The translations under genes and the position numbers were made by a program. 24,666 bases of DNA, taken from positions 1-24,666 of the forward strand of contig JBHLME010000063.1 in NCBI GenBank assembly GCA_048938445.1. The letters run 5' to 3'. Of this stretch, positions 8,818-17,961 are shown in pieces; the first letter of the stretch is position 1, and each line of letters starts with the position of its first letter. The notes beneath the pieces are model-generated. The model was not told the origin of the DNA. It saw only the letters and a program-made list of their open reading frames with translations, and made no database searches. The stretch is from Promethearchaeota archaeon (GTDB taxonomy: Archaea; Asgardarchaeota; Lokiarchaeia; Sigyniarchaeales; SOKP01).

Positions 8818-9564
8818 TTATAAATACGAATCTCTCTCAACAGTACTCACGTTTACTTGACCCACGCCTTTCATATTATTAGATAATGCATTTTGTGCCA
8901 TCATCATCATCATGACTTCTTTTATAAATTCATCTTCCTTTTTCTTGCCTATCTCATTATTTTTTATTTTTTCTTCAATATTTTCAAGTGCTTTCTTTTG
9001 AGCGTCAGTAAAACTATCAACGGATTTTTTTAGACTCTCTGAGAAATTTTTTAACCATTTTTCTTGCATTTTTGCAAGATCTTCAAGTTTTTCATCAATT
9101 TTATCATTTAGTTGTTGAATTTTATCGTTGGAAGCCTCCATTGGAGGAACATCAGGATCTCTATGATCTCTCTTAAATCTGTCTAACCAATTAGGTTCTT
9201 TTTTCATATCTGGATTAGGATCAATAAGCCACCTTTCAGATTCATTTTTTTTACCTGGCGGCCAAGATTTAGAGTTTTCTTTGATATTTTCTGAGTTTCC
9301 TTCAATAGAAATCTCAGTTTGTTTCTCTATTTGTCTAAATTTAATTTTACTATTTTCATTCTCTTTTAGCGTAATTTTTGCTTTTTCAAAATCAGTTGCT
9401 TTATTTTCATTCAATTTCTCTGCAACCGATTTTTTCCATATCTTTGATTTAGTCTCCTTTTTTCCTTTATTTTTATCAGGATTTTTTTTTGCTCCAGACT
9501 TAGGGCTTTTATTTTTTGGACTTTTTTTTTTTGAAGGATTCTTACTATTCTTAAATTGAACCAT
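8818..9564 (-). CDS. Hypothetical protein: Lys-rich disordered N-terminus plus coiled coil
   Basis: K/S/P-rich first 45 aa, heptad-like region KIQQLNDKIDEKLEDLAKMQ.., Met5 run near the C-terminus; GGGGA SD-like element upstream. Confidence 0.75.
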   Translation of the reverse strand: MVQFKNSKNPSKKKSPKNKSPKSGAKKNPDKNKGKKETKSKIWKKSVAEKLNENKATDFEKAKITLKENENSKIKFRQIEKQTEISIEGNSENIKENSKSWPPGKKNESERWLIDPNPDMKKEPNWLDRFKRDHRDPDVPPMEASNDKIQQLNDKIDEKLEDLAKMQEKWLKNFSESLKKSVDSFTDAQKKALENIEEKIKNNEIGKKKEDEFIKEVMMMMMAQNALSNNMKGVGQVNVSTVERDSYL

Positions 9565-9640
9565 AAATTATGATCCCCTTTTTTTATAGTTATATCTTGT
9601 TAAATTTATTTAAAGTAAATGTTTATTGAAATGTCTATTG

Positions 9641-12358
9641 TTAAGGTATTATAATAGAACTACCACAAGATGGACAATTATTATTAGTATTTTTAATTAA
9701 TTGTAAACACTTAGGACATTGGATCTTCAGAATATTAGTGGCATTGTCGATTTCAATCTTTTTAGGATAATAATCTGCTGTAATAAAATTAAAGAACTCT
9801 CCTGATACGCCCCGATCTAAAACACAGAATCGATCTGGAAGTCTTACAATGGTTTCAATATTCATTGGATTTTTAGTAAATCGTTCTACACTCGCAGAAC
9901 TTTGTCTCATTAGGAATTTTAATGAAGGAAGTGCTATAGCCGATTCGTCTAAATTATCTGCTCGTTGATTTGCAATTAAAAATGAGATCCCACGATCACG
10001 AAATTCAGAAAACAAAATTTCAAAAATTTTAATGATTTGCTCACACGCTACATAATCATCGCTCTTATTTTTTCCTTGAGTTGGTAAACTTTTGAGTATC
10101 CGATGCGCTTCATCTATAACAATCATATATTTCAATCCATGAACACCTTTATCCGGAGTTAACGTTCTTATCGTTTGTAGAATTATGATAGATATTAATC
10201 GTTGCTCCCATTCATTACACTCAGTCAAGTCTATCTGGACTACTTTTCCATTCTTCCAATCTTCATACCATTGGCCTGTATCAACAAAAGGATCCAATGT
10301 TTCAATAAGAGTCTTACTTGAAAGCTGTGTATTTATTCTTGTATTTAATGCAGAAGTGATACGAGATCGGAACTTATCATCATAGTCATGTTCTTCTTCA
10401 TAAAAATAATCTCGTACTAATTGTAACAGATTTACTATTGATCTTGGAGGTTCATTATTTTCAATAATATATTCCTCAAGGACACTTTTGCATGCATATA
10501 CGGCTTCTTCCTCAAAACCTATTGCACCCATTATTGCCTTGCTAACTTGAACAATATGTTTTTCGAATTTAGCTCTATTTTGTAAAGCATGAAGATAAGG
10601 TAATTGAAAATTCTTCCCAAACTTGTAAAATCGCTCTGCTGAATAAATATTTTCTTCATGTTCTCTCTTAAAATTTATGATCAATATCCCCGTTTCAGGT
10701 TTTGTTCTTGATATGGAATTAATGAGATGTCCAATGAGAAAACTTTTTCCCGCACCAATTTGTCCTATGACGCAACCTCCTTGAACAAAATCATCAACTT
10801 TCACATGCATTAGATTTTCTCTCTTCCTTCCATATTCATCAATCCATTTACCAATTGGGAAATTAGAATTATTTTTTACATGAGAATCCCATTTAATTAC
10901 TTGCTTTTTTAAACCTACAGGAACGTGAAATGGCATTTGTTTAGTAAAAGTAAAATCAAATGAGATAGGAGTTAAATATCTTCCACTATAAAGATTTCCT
11001 CTTAAAAAGTCTGCTCTTGCTCCACATAAAACCCTTCGTATCTTACCTATTTTTTTTTCATTTCTAATGGACACCAAAAGACTTCTGATCCTTCCATTTA
11101 ATGCCTGTACTTCATGACTTTTTGAATGAAATTCATTTCCGGCAATACCATAACTAATATATATTTTTACTTTAAATAATTCATCTCTCCACATCTGAAG
11201 GTAAGTATTTTTCTCTGCGGCATCTTTATATTTTAATGCAATTATTTTAGCTCTTTGTTCTAGAATTTTCTTGGGAGGTGCTTTTTTCCACATAATTAAA
11301 AGCTTGATTTTATGTCTATCTTCTCCAAAAAGAGTAATTAGACGATTTATCAAATCAATACGATTACTATATGGTGCTTTAGGAAATTTAATTACCCACC
11401 ATTTCTCTTTTTTGTAAAGATATTTATTATCTACCTTTATATGTTCTAACCTTCCATCAAGACCTTTATAGGTAGACTTTAGATTTGTTAATAACAGATT
11501 ACCTTTTTCTATACCTTCTCTTTCTGTACGTGTTTTAATAAGAAAATAAAATTTAAATTTATCTTTATTGAGGACTATCTTAGCTAAACTAGTTTTTCTT
11601 TTTCTATAAAAATCTAATAACCAGGTTTGAAATCTCTTTTTTTTAGTTTCCTCTTCCCTACCAATTTGTGAAATAATCACTTTTGTCATAAAAAAATGTC
11701 CTTTTTTATTTACTTTCATATTTATTTCATGTCTTTTTAAAATCTGATTGATTTCTGTTCTCAAGCTATGATAAAAGTGAATAATTCTTGCTGTAATCGG
11801 TCTATAACCAAGACTTATGATAGGCCAAATAATTAGAATAGAACTTATTGCAAATATTACTTCATTCAAAAGATAATGAGAGAGATATAAAAACCATGCC
11901 CCAATAAATAAGAGGTACAATCGCTTCCTATATTCATTCATATTAATTGTAGAAATAATAGTAAGCAATGCAATGAACATAATAATTATCGTTCCAGGAA
12001 CAAATGGTAAAAATAATCCAGACAGGAGTATATGGGAAAAAATAAGGATAATAGCTAAATATATGAAAAAAGTTTTTCCTTCTGACCTTTTATAAATTAT
12101 ATAATAATCCCAACTGAATAACATCAAAATTGAGGCCATTTCAAGTTCGAACATGATTATAAGTGTAAATTCTAAAAAAGAAAAGACGATTATTTCTATG
12201 AGAATAAAGAAAGTAATGAGGATGATGATAGATCCTAGATAAAATCCTATAATTTTTATGTATTCATATAACTCTTTTTTATAACAATAGAATGCTGTAA
12301 AAACCATGAATAATAGGATTGAAAAGAAAATTATGTACTGGAATATAAAAAATAGCAT
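9641..12358 (-). CDS. Polytopic membrane HerA/VirB4/FtsK-superfamily ATPase (DUF87-like) with C-terminal zinc ribbon
   Basis: About 7 hydrophobic helices in aa 1-185; Walker A GQIGAGKS (10742-10765); Walker B IVIDEAHR (about 10100-10123); SEFRDRG-ISFLIANQ Arg-finger/Q motif; terminal CPKC-x10-CPSCG. Confidence 0.88.
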   Translation of the reverse strand: MLFFIFQYIIFFSILLFMVFTAFYCYKKELYEYIKIIGFYLGSIIILITFFILIEIIVFSFLEFTLIIMFELEMASILMLFSWDYYIIYKRSEGKTFFIYLAIILIFSHILLSGLFLPFVPGTIIIMFIALLTIISTINMNEYRKRLYLLFIGAWFLYLSHYLLNEVIFAISSILIIWPIISLGYRPITARIIHFYHSLRTEINQILKRHEINMKVNKKGHFFMTKVIISQIGREEETKKKRFQTWLLDFYRKRKTSLAKIVLNKDKFKFYFLIKTRTEREGIEKGNLLLTNLKSTYKGLDGRLEHIKVDNKYLYKKEKWWVIKFPKAPYSNRIDLINRLITLFGEDRHKIKLLIMWKKAPPKKILEQRAKIIALKYKDAAEKNTYLQMWRDELFKVKIYISYGIAGNEFHSKSHEVQALNGRIRSLLVSIRNEKKIGKIRRVLCGARADFLRGNLYSGRYLTPISFDFTFTKQMPFHVPVGLKKQVIKWDSHVKNNSNFPIGKWIDEYGRKRENLMHVKVDDFVQGGCVIGQIGAGKSFLIGHLINSISRTKPETGILIINFKREHEENIYSAERFYKFGKNFQLPYLHALQNRAKFEKHIVQVSKAIMGAIGFEEEAVYACKSVLEEYIIENNEPPRSIVNLLQLVRDYFYEEEHDYDDKFRSRITSALNTRINTQLSSKTLIETLDPFVDTGQWYEDWKNGKVVQIDLTECNEWEQRLISIIILQTIRTLTPDKGVHGLKYMIVIDEAHRILKSLPTQGKNKSDDYVACEQIIKIFEILFSEFRDRGISFLIANQRADNLDESAIALPSLKFLMRQSSASVERFTKNPMNIETIVRLPDRFCVLDRGVSGEFFNFITADYYPKKIEIDNATNILKIQCPKCLQLIKNTNNNCPSCGSSIIIP

Positions 12359-12507
12359 TATAATCGTGTTATTTTATTTATAATTGAAATGCAAACTATA
12401 AAAACAAAAACAATTTCAAAGAGATGATAAATGTTTGGTTTTCCTATGATCTTAAATATCTAGATTAGAATTATCTTCCAAGAAATAATAAAAGAAGTTT
12501 ATTAATC

Positions 12508-13641
12508 TTGAACTCGATTTTAGCAAAAAAGAAAGAAAAATTTAAGCCTCTTTCTTATTATATCGAAGAACAATTTATTTTTTACGTTAGTCTTAGCCGA
12601 ACTAAAAAGATAATTGGTATAAGTATGATAAAGTCTGACGATTTCTTGCAAACAATGGAAATATTAAATGGAAACTTGATGGAAATATGTTTAGAATCTT
12701 ATTCAATACAAATTGAGATAGTAAATTCTAATTCACCTTTTTTTGTTCTAAGATTTTCAAGTGATAATAAAAAGGAGATTATTAAAGATTTTTTTAAAAT
12801 TAACCATAATTTTAAAGAACACAAATTAACGTATAGGATGTTTGAGAAAACACAATTGGAATTTTATTATCTCTATTTTATATCTAATGGTGTGATTCCA
12901 ATACCTTCAGATACTAAAGTTTCTATTTTTAAAAAAAAAATGAATATTTCTTTCCACGAAAACTCACTCTATTATATTTTCTATGAGATAATATCAAATT
13001 CACTAATTCAAAAAGAAGCAGCTTTTCAAGATTTAGTAAATTTATTGAAAGAAAGCAATTATCAAGGATACATGATCACATATGTAACTAATGATAATAG
13101 TGGAGAATTAAGATATTCATCCTATGTCGTGGAATTGAATAATGATCCTGCATATGAATTCGATTTATTAACAAAAGTGAATGAGTTTTTCAAGACAAAA
13201 TTATTAGAAATTCCGAATATTAAGTTAGAAATTATGGCTAAATTCTTATGGCGTTTACCCATTTCGAATGTTAGCTATTTTGCTCGAGATTTAAATTTAC
13301 TTTTTTCCTCAAGAAAGTCTTCTATAACTTCTAGTACCCAAGAACTATTATCTAATGTAGAAGAAAGGTTAAATCAAAATGAGATTCTATTCGAAAAATT
13401 AAATAGCAATTCAATTTTAATCAGCCAAAAGTATATTTTTACAGTCATAACGCATTTAAATCTTGATATTGTCATAGAATTTATAAAAAAATATGTTAAA
13501 ACTTATGGTCTTTATATTTATTTCACACGTGAAGAACATTATTCACAAATAATGGCATTTAATCACATTACTGAAATAAAAAATTTAACTTTATTAACCA
13601 AGGAATCATATCATTCATTAGATATTTCTCAATTTAGATAA
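12508..13641 (+). CDS. Hypothetical soluble protein, divergent from the HerA/VirB4-like gene
   Basis: 377-aa ORF with alpha/beta pattern and no TM; TTG start; ends 6 nt from the convergent platform gene. Confidence 0.75.
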   Translation: MNSILAKKKEKFKPLSYYIEEQFIFYVSLSRTKKIIGISMIKSDDFLQTMEILNGNLMEICLESYSIQIEIVNSNSPFFVLRFSSDNKKEIIKDFFKINHNFKEHKLTYRMFEKTQLEFYYLYFISNGVIPIPSDTKVSIFKKKMNISFHENSLYYIFYEIISNSLIQKEAAFQDLVNLLKESNYQGYMITYVTNDNSGELRYSSYVVELNNDPAYEFDLLTKVNEFFKTKLLEIPNIKLEIMAKFLWRLPISNVSYFARDLNLLFSSRKSSITSSTQELLSNVEERLNQNEILFEKLNSNSILISQKYIFTVITHLNLDIVIEFIKKYVKTYGLYIYFTREEHYSQIMAFNHITEIKNLTLLTKESYHSLDISQFR

Positions 13642-13647
13642 ATGCAT

Positions 13648-15210
13648 TTAGAGAAAGGAAATTCCATACATGAAACTCTGTATAAATGCAATGATAAATA
13701 TGAATGATAAGATATAGAACATAATTGAGATTCTTTTATGACGCACGATCTTAAGAAAATAATAGCAGGTTATTATTATGCAAACAAATAAAACACAAAA
13801 TATGATAATTACATCAGAAAAATCCATTAACTCGTACATGTGATTGATATTTTGCATCTCCTCTATATTTTCTAAATTTTTTACAATGGATATTACTAAA
13901 GGCAGCATTCCTCCAAGGGTGCCTAAGATTACAGGAAATAAGAATATGAAGATCTTAACAATAAATCTTTTTCCCCTTATGATTGTTTTGAATCTATCTT
14001 CAAGAGTTCTATGTCTTTCAATGATCTGAATAATGTCATTTATTTTTTCTGATGAATAATATGCACTATTTTCCAACATGCTATGAATTACATCTAAAAT
14101 AATTTTATATCTTGGACTTGCTAAAGTTATTTTAAGTTGGTTAATTAAATCTTCAAACGTGTATTGTAGACTTATGAGAGAAGATATGTGAGTATTTAGT
14201 GTTTCATTCAATAATGGAAATTGAGATTTATTCTTTGTCCAAGCTTTTATAAAAGCAACTTCCGGAGAATATGAATTTTTCAAGTTTAAAGCCAATGATT
14301 CAAGAAATTGAAGAAACTCACTGAATTGTTGCTCTTTTGTACGTGAATATTCATCTAATACTCCTATTAGGACCGTATTCACTCTTACTAGTTTTTTAAA
14401 CATCCAATACATGAAAACTAAAAGTAATGGAGTAATAAATAAAACAAAGAGAAGTTTAACTTGTTGAAATAAGATAAATGTACATAATATTAATGGAAAA
14501 AATAGGCCAATAAAAAATATTATACCTATTTTTGTATCTAAAGACTTAATTAATATGCGAAAATTCTTTTCTGCTGAGCTTTCATTATAATAGTCAATCT
14601 TGGTATTATATCCGAAATTTTTTATTAATAGTTCAGAAATATATATATTGAAATCCTTAGATGGAGTCACAAGTAATTCAAGTTCTTCTTCAGGAACGAA
14701 TCCTAAATGAATTCTACCAAAAATATGTCTAAATAATTCAGAAATAGGTAATTTATAATCCATCATCAATTTGATAAAAGTCATGCATGTATCAGCTCTC
14801 TCATGTTGGATGGATTTCTTTAAAGAGAAATTAATTTTTATGAGGTAAGATAATGCATTAATTACTTTTTCTTCTTTTTTTACTGTTTTATATAATACCA
14901 TATTAAAATAATAGGCAGAAATGATTGAAATGATTAAACCAAAAAGAATCGAGTAAAATACATTGAGAAAAATTTCTTCTAAATTTATAATTAGAAAAAA
15001 AATTAGAGTTGTCGGAAGAAAGAGAAAAAGAAAAACTATAAAAGAAGCTTTACAAATATCTTCTTCATTTACACCATATATAATCCGATAAACATATTTA
15101 TATTCCTTTGTAATTTCTTTAAATCGAAGTAGAGGTAAATTATATTTTTGAAAATAATTACAAAAGGAGAGATATCCTTTTAGTTTTTTATCTTTTTCAA
15201 ATTGTTGCAC
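13648..15210 (-). CDS. Type IV pilus membrane platform protein (TadB/TadC, FlaJ/GspF-like)
   Basis: TM clusters alternate with two cytoplasmic helical domains (IFGRIHLGFVPEEEL; FLESLALNLKNSYSPEVAF, a T2SSF-like signature); GTG start; directly downstream of the pilin. Confidence 0.85.
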   Translation of the reverse strand: MQQFEKDKKLKGYLSFCNYFQKYNLPLLRFKEITKEYKYVYRIIYGVNEEDICKASFIVFLFLFLPTTLIFFLIINLEEIFLNVFYSILFGLIISIISAYYFNMVLYKTVKKEEKVINALSYLIKINFSLKKSIQHERADTCMTFIKLMMDYKLPISELFRHIFGRIHLGFVPEEELELLVTPSKDFNIYISELLIKNFGYNTKIDYYNESSAEKNFRILIKSLDTKIGIIFFIGLFFPLILCTFILFQQVKLLFVLFITPLLLVFMYWMFKKLVRVNTVLIGVLDEYSRTKEQQFSEFLQFLESLALNLKNSYSPEVAFIKAWTKNKSQFPLLNETLNTHISSLISLQYTFEDLINQLKITLASPRYKIILDVIHSMLENSAYYSSEKINDIIQIIERHRTLEDRFKTIIRGKRFIVKIFIFLFPVILGTLGGMLPLVISIVKNLENIEEMQNINHMYELMDFSDVIIIFCVLFVCIIITCYYFLKIVRHKRISIMFYILSFIFIIAFIQSFMYGISFL

Positions 15211-15270
15211 TTTTCATTTCTCCGGAATTTATTTTATCATAAACTTGATAATAATCATTAAAAGTATTTC

Positions 15271-15660
15271 TCAGAGATTAGGTATTAGATTATCAATGGA
15301 TACTAAAAGATTATTAAAAAATCCTGGTATATTTGTTATTGACTTAAAATTTCTTATAAAATCCTCTTTAATCAAAATTAATTCTCTTTCATTATTATTT
15401 TTATGATTAGAATAAAAAGATAAATCCTGAATCTCATTTTTATCCATCTCAAGTCCTTCACCTTCAAGTCCAAATAAATCCAGAGCTTTATCTTTAACTT
15501 TTTCAAACTGAACGAGAGCAAACCAAAGAATAAGAGCAATTAAAAGCAAGGCTACTGCTAACATGAGGATATTATTGATGATTTCTCCTCCGCGTACCCC
15601 CTTTTTAAAATCCTTAAAATCTTGTTTAATTTTCTGTATAAATTGTTTTATATTTCTCAT
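15271..15660 (-). CDS. Type IV pilin with class III signal peptide (putative major pilin)
   Basis: Basic leader ..DFKKG|VRGGEIINNILMLAVALLLIALILWFALV with Glu at +5 after G21 and an approximately 22-aa hydrophobic helix; lies between the peptidase and platform genes. Confidence 0.75.
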   Translation of the reverse strand: MRNIKQFIQKIKQDFKDFKKGVRGGEIINNILMLAVALLLIALILWFALVQFEKVKDKALDLFGLEGEGLEMDKNEIQDLSFYSNHKNNNERELILIKEDFIRNFKSITNIPGFFNNLLVSIDNLIPNL

Positions 15661-15790
15661 TAAACATAATTAAAAAAATATATTTTTAAAATAAACCAAT
15701 TTTAATAATGCTTTCCTCCTTTCCTTCAGAAAATTATTATAGAAATTCCAAAATTCGTTATGTTTTTTTAGATAAGGGTAGATTATAATT

Positions 15791-16294
15791 TTGATGATAG
15801 AAAAGCTAATATTCTTAATATTTACATTTGCATCAATTTTTCTATATTATTTTTGGAATTCAGGATATTTAGCAAACAGGACAAAATTCTTATTATTTTT
15901 CTCATTTTTAGGTAGTCTTTTTTCCTATTTTATTTTATATGATTTTCTCATTACTATAAATGATTCAATACATATAATCATAGAAAAACTGTTTTCTTTC
16001 ATCCTTTTAAGCATTTCTTCTATATTTTTAATAATTAGTATTACGATTCCATCTGATAATGCTAAAAAGAAGAATTCTACTGATAATAAACTAAGAAATA
16101 AATTAAATAATAATAAGAGTCATTTTAATAAAAAGAATTTTAATCAACTTATAGAAAAATCAAATGATTTAAAAAAAATTGATAACGATATTCAATCTAA
16201 AGAAAAAAGTTTACAAAATGAAAAAGAAAATTCTAATATTTCAAAAGGTTTTCAAGGATTTTTAGATCGTCTCTTTAAAGAACAAGCTAAATAA
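15791..16294 (+). CDS. Membrane protein (3 TM) with charged coiled C-terminal tail
   Basis: Three hydrophobic segments in aa 5-87, then a K/N-rich tail ending FQGFLDRLFK. Confidence 0.65.
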   Translation: MMIEKLIFLIFTFASIFLYYFWNSGYLANRTKFLLFFSFLGSLFSYFILYDFLITINDSIHIIIEKLFSFILLSISSIFLIISITIPSDNAKKKNSTDNKLRNKLNNNKSHFNKKNFNQLIEKSNDLKKIDNDIQSKEKSLQNEKENSNISKGFQGFLDRLFKEQAK

Positions 16295-16313
16295 TTTAAA
16301 TATAAATTTTTTT

Positions 16314-16946
16314 TTAAAATATTCCTACAATAATAATTGTCTCTCCAGTGAGAATCCACATAAATTTTAGCATTAGAGGTAAACCAAAAAAAAAGGAAAC
16401 TAATATGAATATTATAAAATAAATGTGTCCTTTCGTTTTATCGTTTAAAACAATTTTCTTGAAAAGTGCGTGATATAATCCTAATAAAGCAATTAAAAAC
16501 GTTAACAGAGATATAAAGGATACTATTAAAAGCACAAATTGTTCTTTAAGCATTAATGATGTTAATTCTTGAACTGAATTGATTGAATTATGAGATGCCC
16601 CATAAATCCCTAAAGTGCTTATAATATCTAAGAAAAGAGAATTTGGGAGGAGATCAAAGCAAATTAAAAGTAGAAATTGAGTAATTTTAAATAATGAGAA
16701 TACCGAAAACAATCCAAGAATATATACACCTAACTTTATCTTTAAATCTATATTTTTCATTCTAATTTTTAGATTTTCTTGTTTAAATTCGAACTTTTTA
16801 GAAGCACCGATTAAACGATTAGCTAATAAAAATAAAATCACGCATAATAAGATATTAGAGTTGGTAAATATAAAATATAAAAAGGTAACCAAATAATACA
16901 TACCAATATAAATTTGGCGATCAAGAAATTCTGATGATAAAATCAT
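16314..16946 (-). CDS. Integral membrane protein (4-5 TM)
   Basis: Multiple hydrophobic segments; starts 13 nt after the prepilin peptidase stop, so probably co-transcribed. Confidence 0.7.
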   Translation of the reverse strand: MILSSEFLDRQIYIGMYYLVTFLYFIFTNSNILLCVILFLLANRLIGASKKFEFKQENLKIRMKNIDLKIKLGVYILGLFSVFSLFKITQFLLLICFDLLPNSLFLDIISTLGIYGASHNSINSVQELTSLMLKEQFVLLIVSFISLLTFLIALLGLYHALFKKIVLNDKTKGHIYFIIFILVSFFFGLPLMLKFMWILTGETIIIVGIF

Positions 16947-16959
16947 TTCACATTTCTTT

Positions 16960-17553
16960 CTAGAAAAAAGTATATAAATTAATCGCTTCTGTAAGAAATA
17001 TTAGCATTATCAACATAAAAACATAGGTAAAGAAGAAAGGAACAATTAGGGGGACTATCATTCTTTTTTCAACTTGTTTGGAAGATTTTCTAGTTCTACA
17101 TTGCGATTGAGAGAGATTTTCTAAAGAGTTAGAAAATTTGAGTGATCTACCATTAGTTTTAGTTTTTTTAAATTTTTTGAAATAAAATATTACAGTATAA
17201 ATGATAAGAATAAAGCTATAGCAGAGAAATGTATATTTCAAGAAAAAAGCTAAATAAATGAATGGTAGTGAATGAAAATAAAGAATTATTGTTTTTCCAT
17301 CAGCACCACCAATTAAATTCTTTGAAAAAAGAATAAACATGATTATCAATAAAAATAAAAAAACGATAACTTTTGTAAATATGTAGAAGAGAATTATATC
17401 ATATAAAAAAATAGCTTCAAGAATTATTAAAAAGGAAGAATAATAGAAATAAATCCTAAAAACTCTATTTGATATTTGACGAGTCTTAAAATCATAATAG
17501 ATACATACTAAAAGAAAAATAAAAATCGAAAGGAAATTTATAATATAAATCAA
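16960..17553 (-). CDS. Prepilin peptidase, family A24 (PibD/FlaK/TadV-like GxGD-type aspartic protease)
   Basis: First catalytic Asp in YYDFKTRQISN, second in IGGADGK, C-terminal VPLIVPFF; polytopic. Confidence 0.9.
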   Translation of the reverse strand: MIYIINFLSIFIFLLVCIYYDFKTRQISNRVFRIYFYYSSFLIILEAIFLYDIILFYIFTKVIVFLFLLIIMFILFSKNLIGGADGKTIILYFHSLPFIYLAFFLKYTFLCYSFILIIYTVIFYFKKFKKTKTNGRSLKFSNSLENLSQSQCRTRKSSKQVEKRMIVPLIVPFFFTYVFMLIMLIFLTEAINLYTFF

Positions 17554-17555
17554 TT

Positions 17556-17738
17556 TTATCCGTAAAGATATTTTTTCCTATAACTGAATAAATTTCCAGA
17601 AAAAAATATATAAAATCCGAGAAAAACATGCTTTAGGTAAAAATGGAGGAAATCTCTCACAATTTCCATCGCATTCCAATCTACACCCCAATGATCAGTT
17701 ATTCGGGTGTCGATTATCTCCTTTTCTTCACTTTCCAT
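17556..17738 (-). pseudogene. Possible truncated 5' remnant of a GHKL/HATPase-type gene
   Basis: First 31 aa (IDTRITDHWGVDWNAMEIVRDFL) look like real protein and resemble the lead-in to a GHKL N-box; the rest reads like translated AT-rich intergenic DNA. Confidence 0.35.
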
Positions 17739-17961
17739 TTAAATTATCCATAGCAATTGTAATATTGCTTTTTATATCTAAATTTCAATTTTTCTTCTAC
17801 AATTGCTTTTTCATTTAAATATTTAAAGTTACAAAAAATTATGTCATTGTCTATAATAAATCTCATTTCGTGAAACCTCCAAATTTTACAAAAATAATGA
17901 ATTTTGAGAAAAAAATTAGATAATAAACTTAATTAAAAAATGATTAATGATTTTTTTTTAT

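Noticed and set aside
9641-12358. Canonical HerA of the HerA-NurA repair system, or a conjugative element VirB4
   Set aside because: It has a polytopic N-terminus and no nurA/mre11/rad50 neighbours; no relaxase, integrase or att/tRNA site is visible in the window
15711-15727. Strong SD-like GAAAGGAGG on the minus strand upstream of the pilin
   Set aside because: About 50 nt from the pilin ATG and followed by no properly spaced start with a meaningful ORF
6206-17553. Archaellum (arl/fla) operon
   Set aside because: No archaellin-sized FlaB, no FlaH RecA-like ATPase, no FlaF/G or chemotaxis genes; only generic T4P components are present
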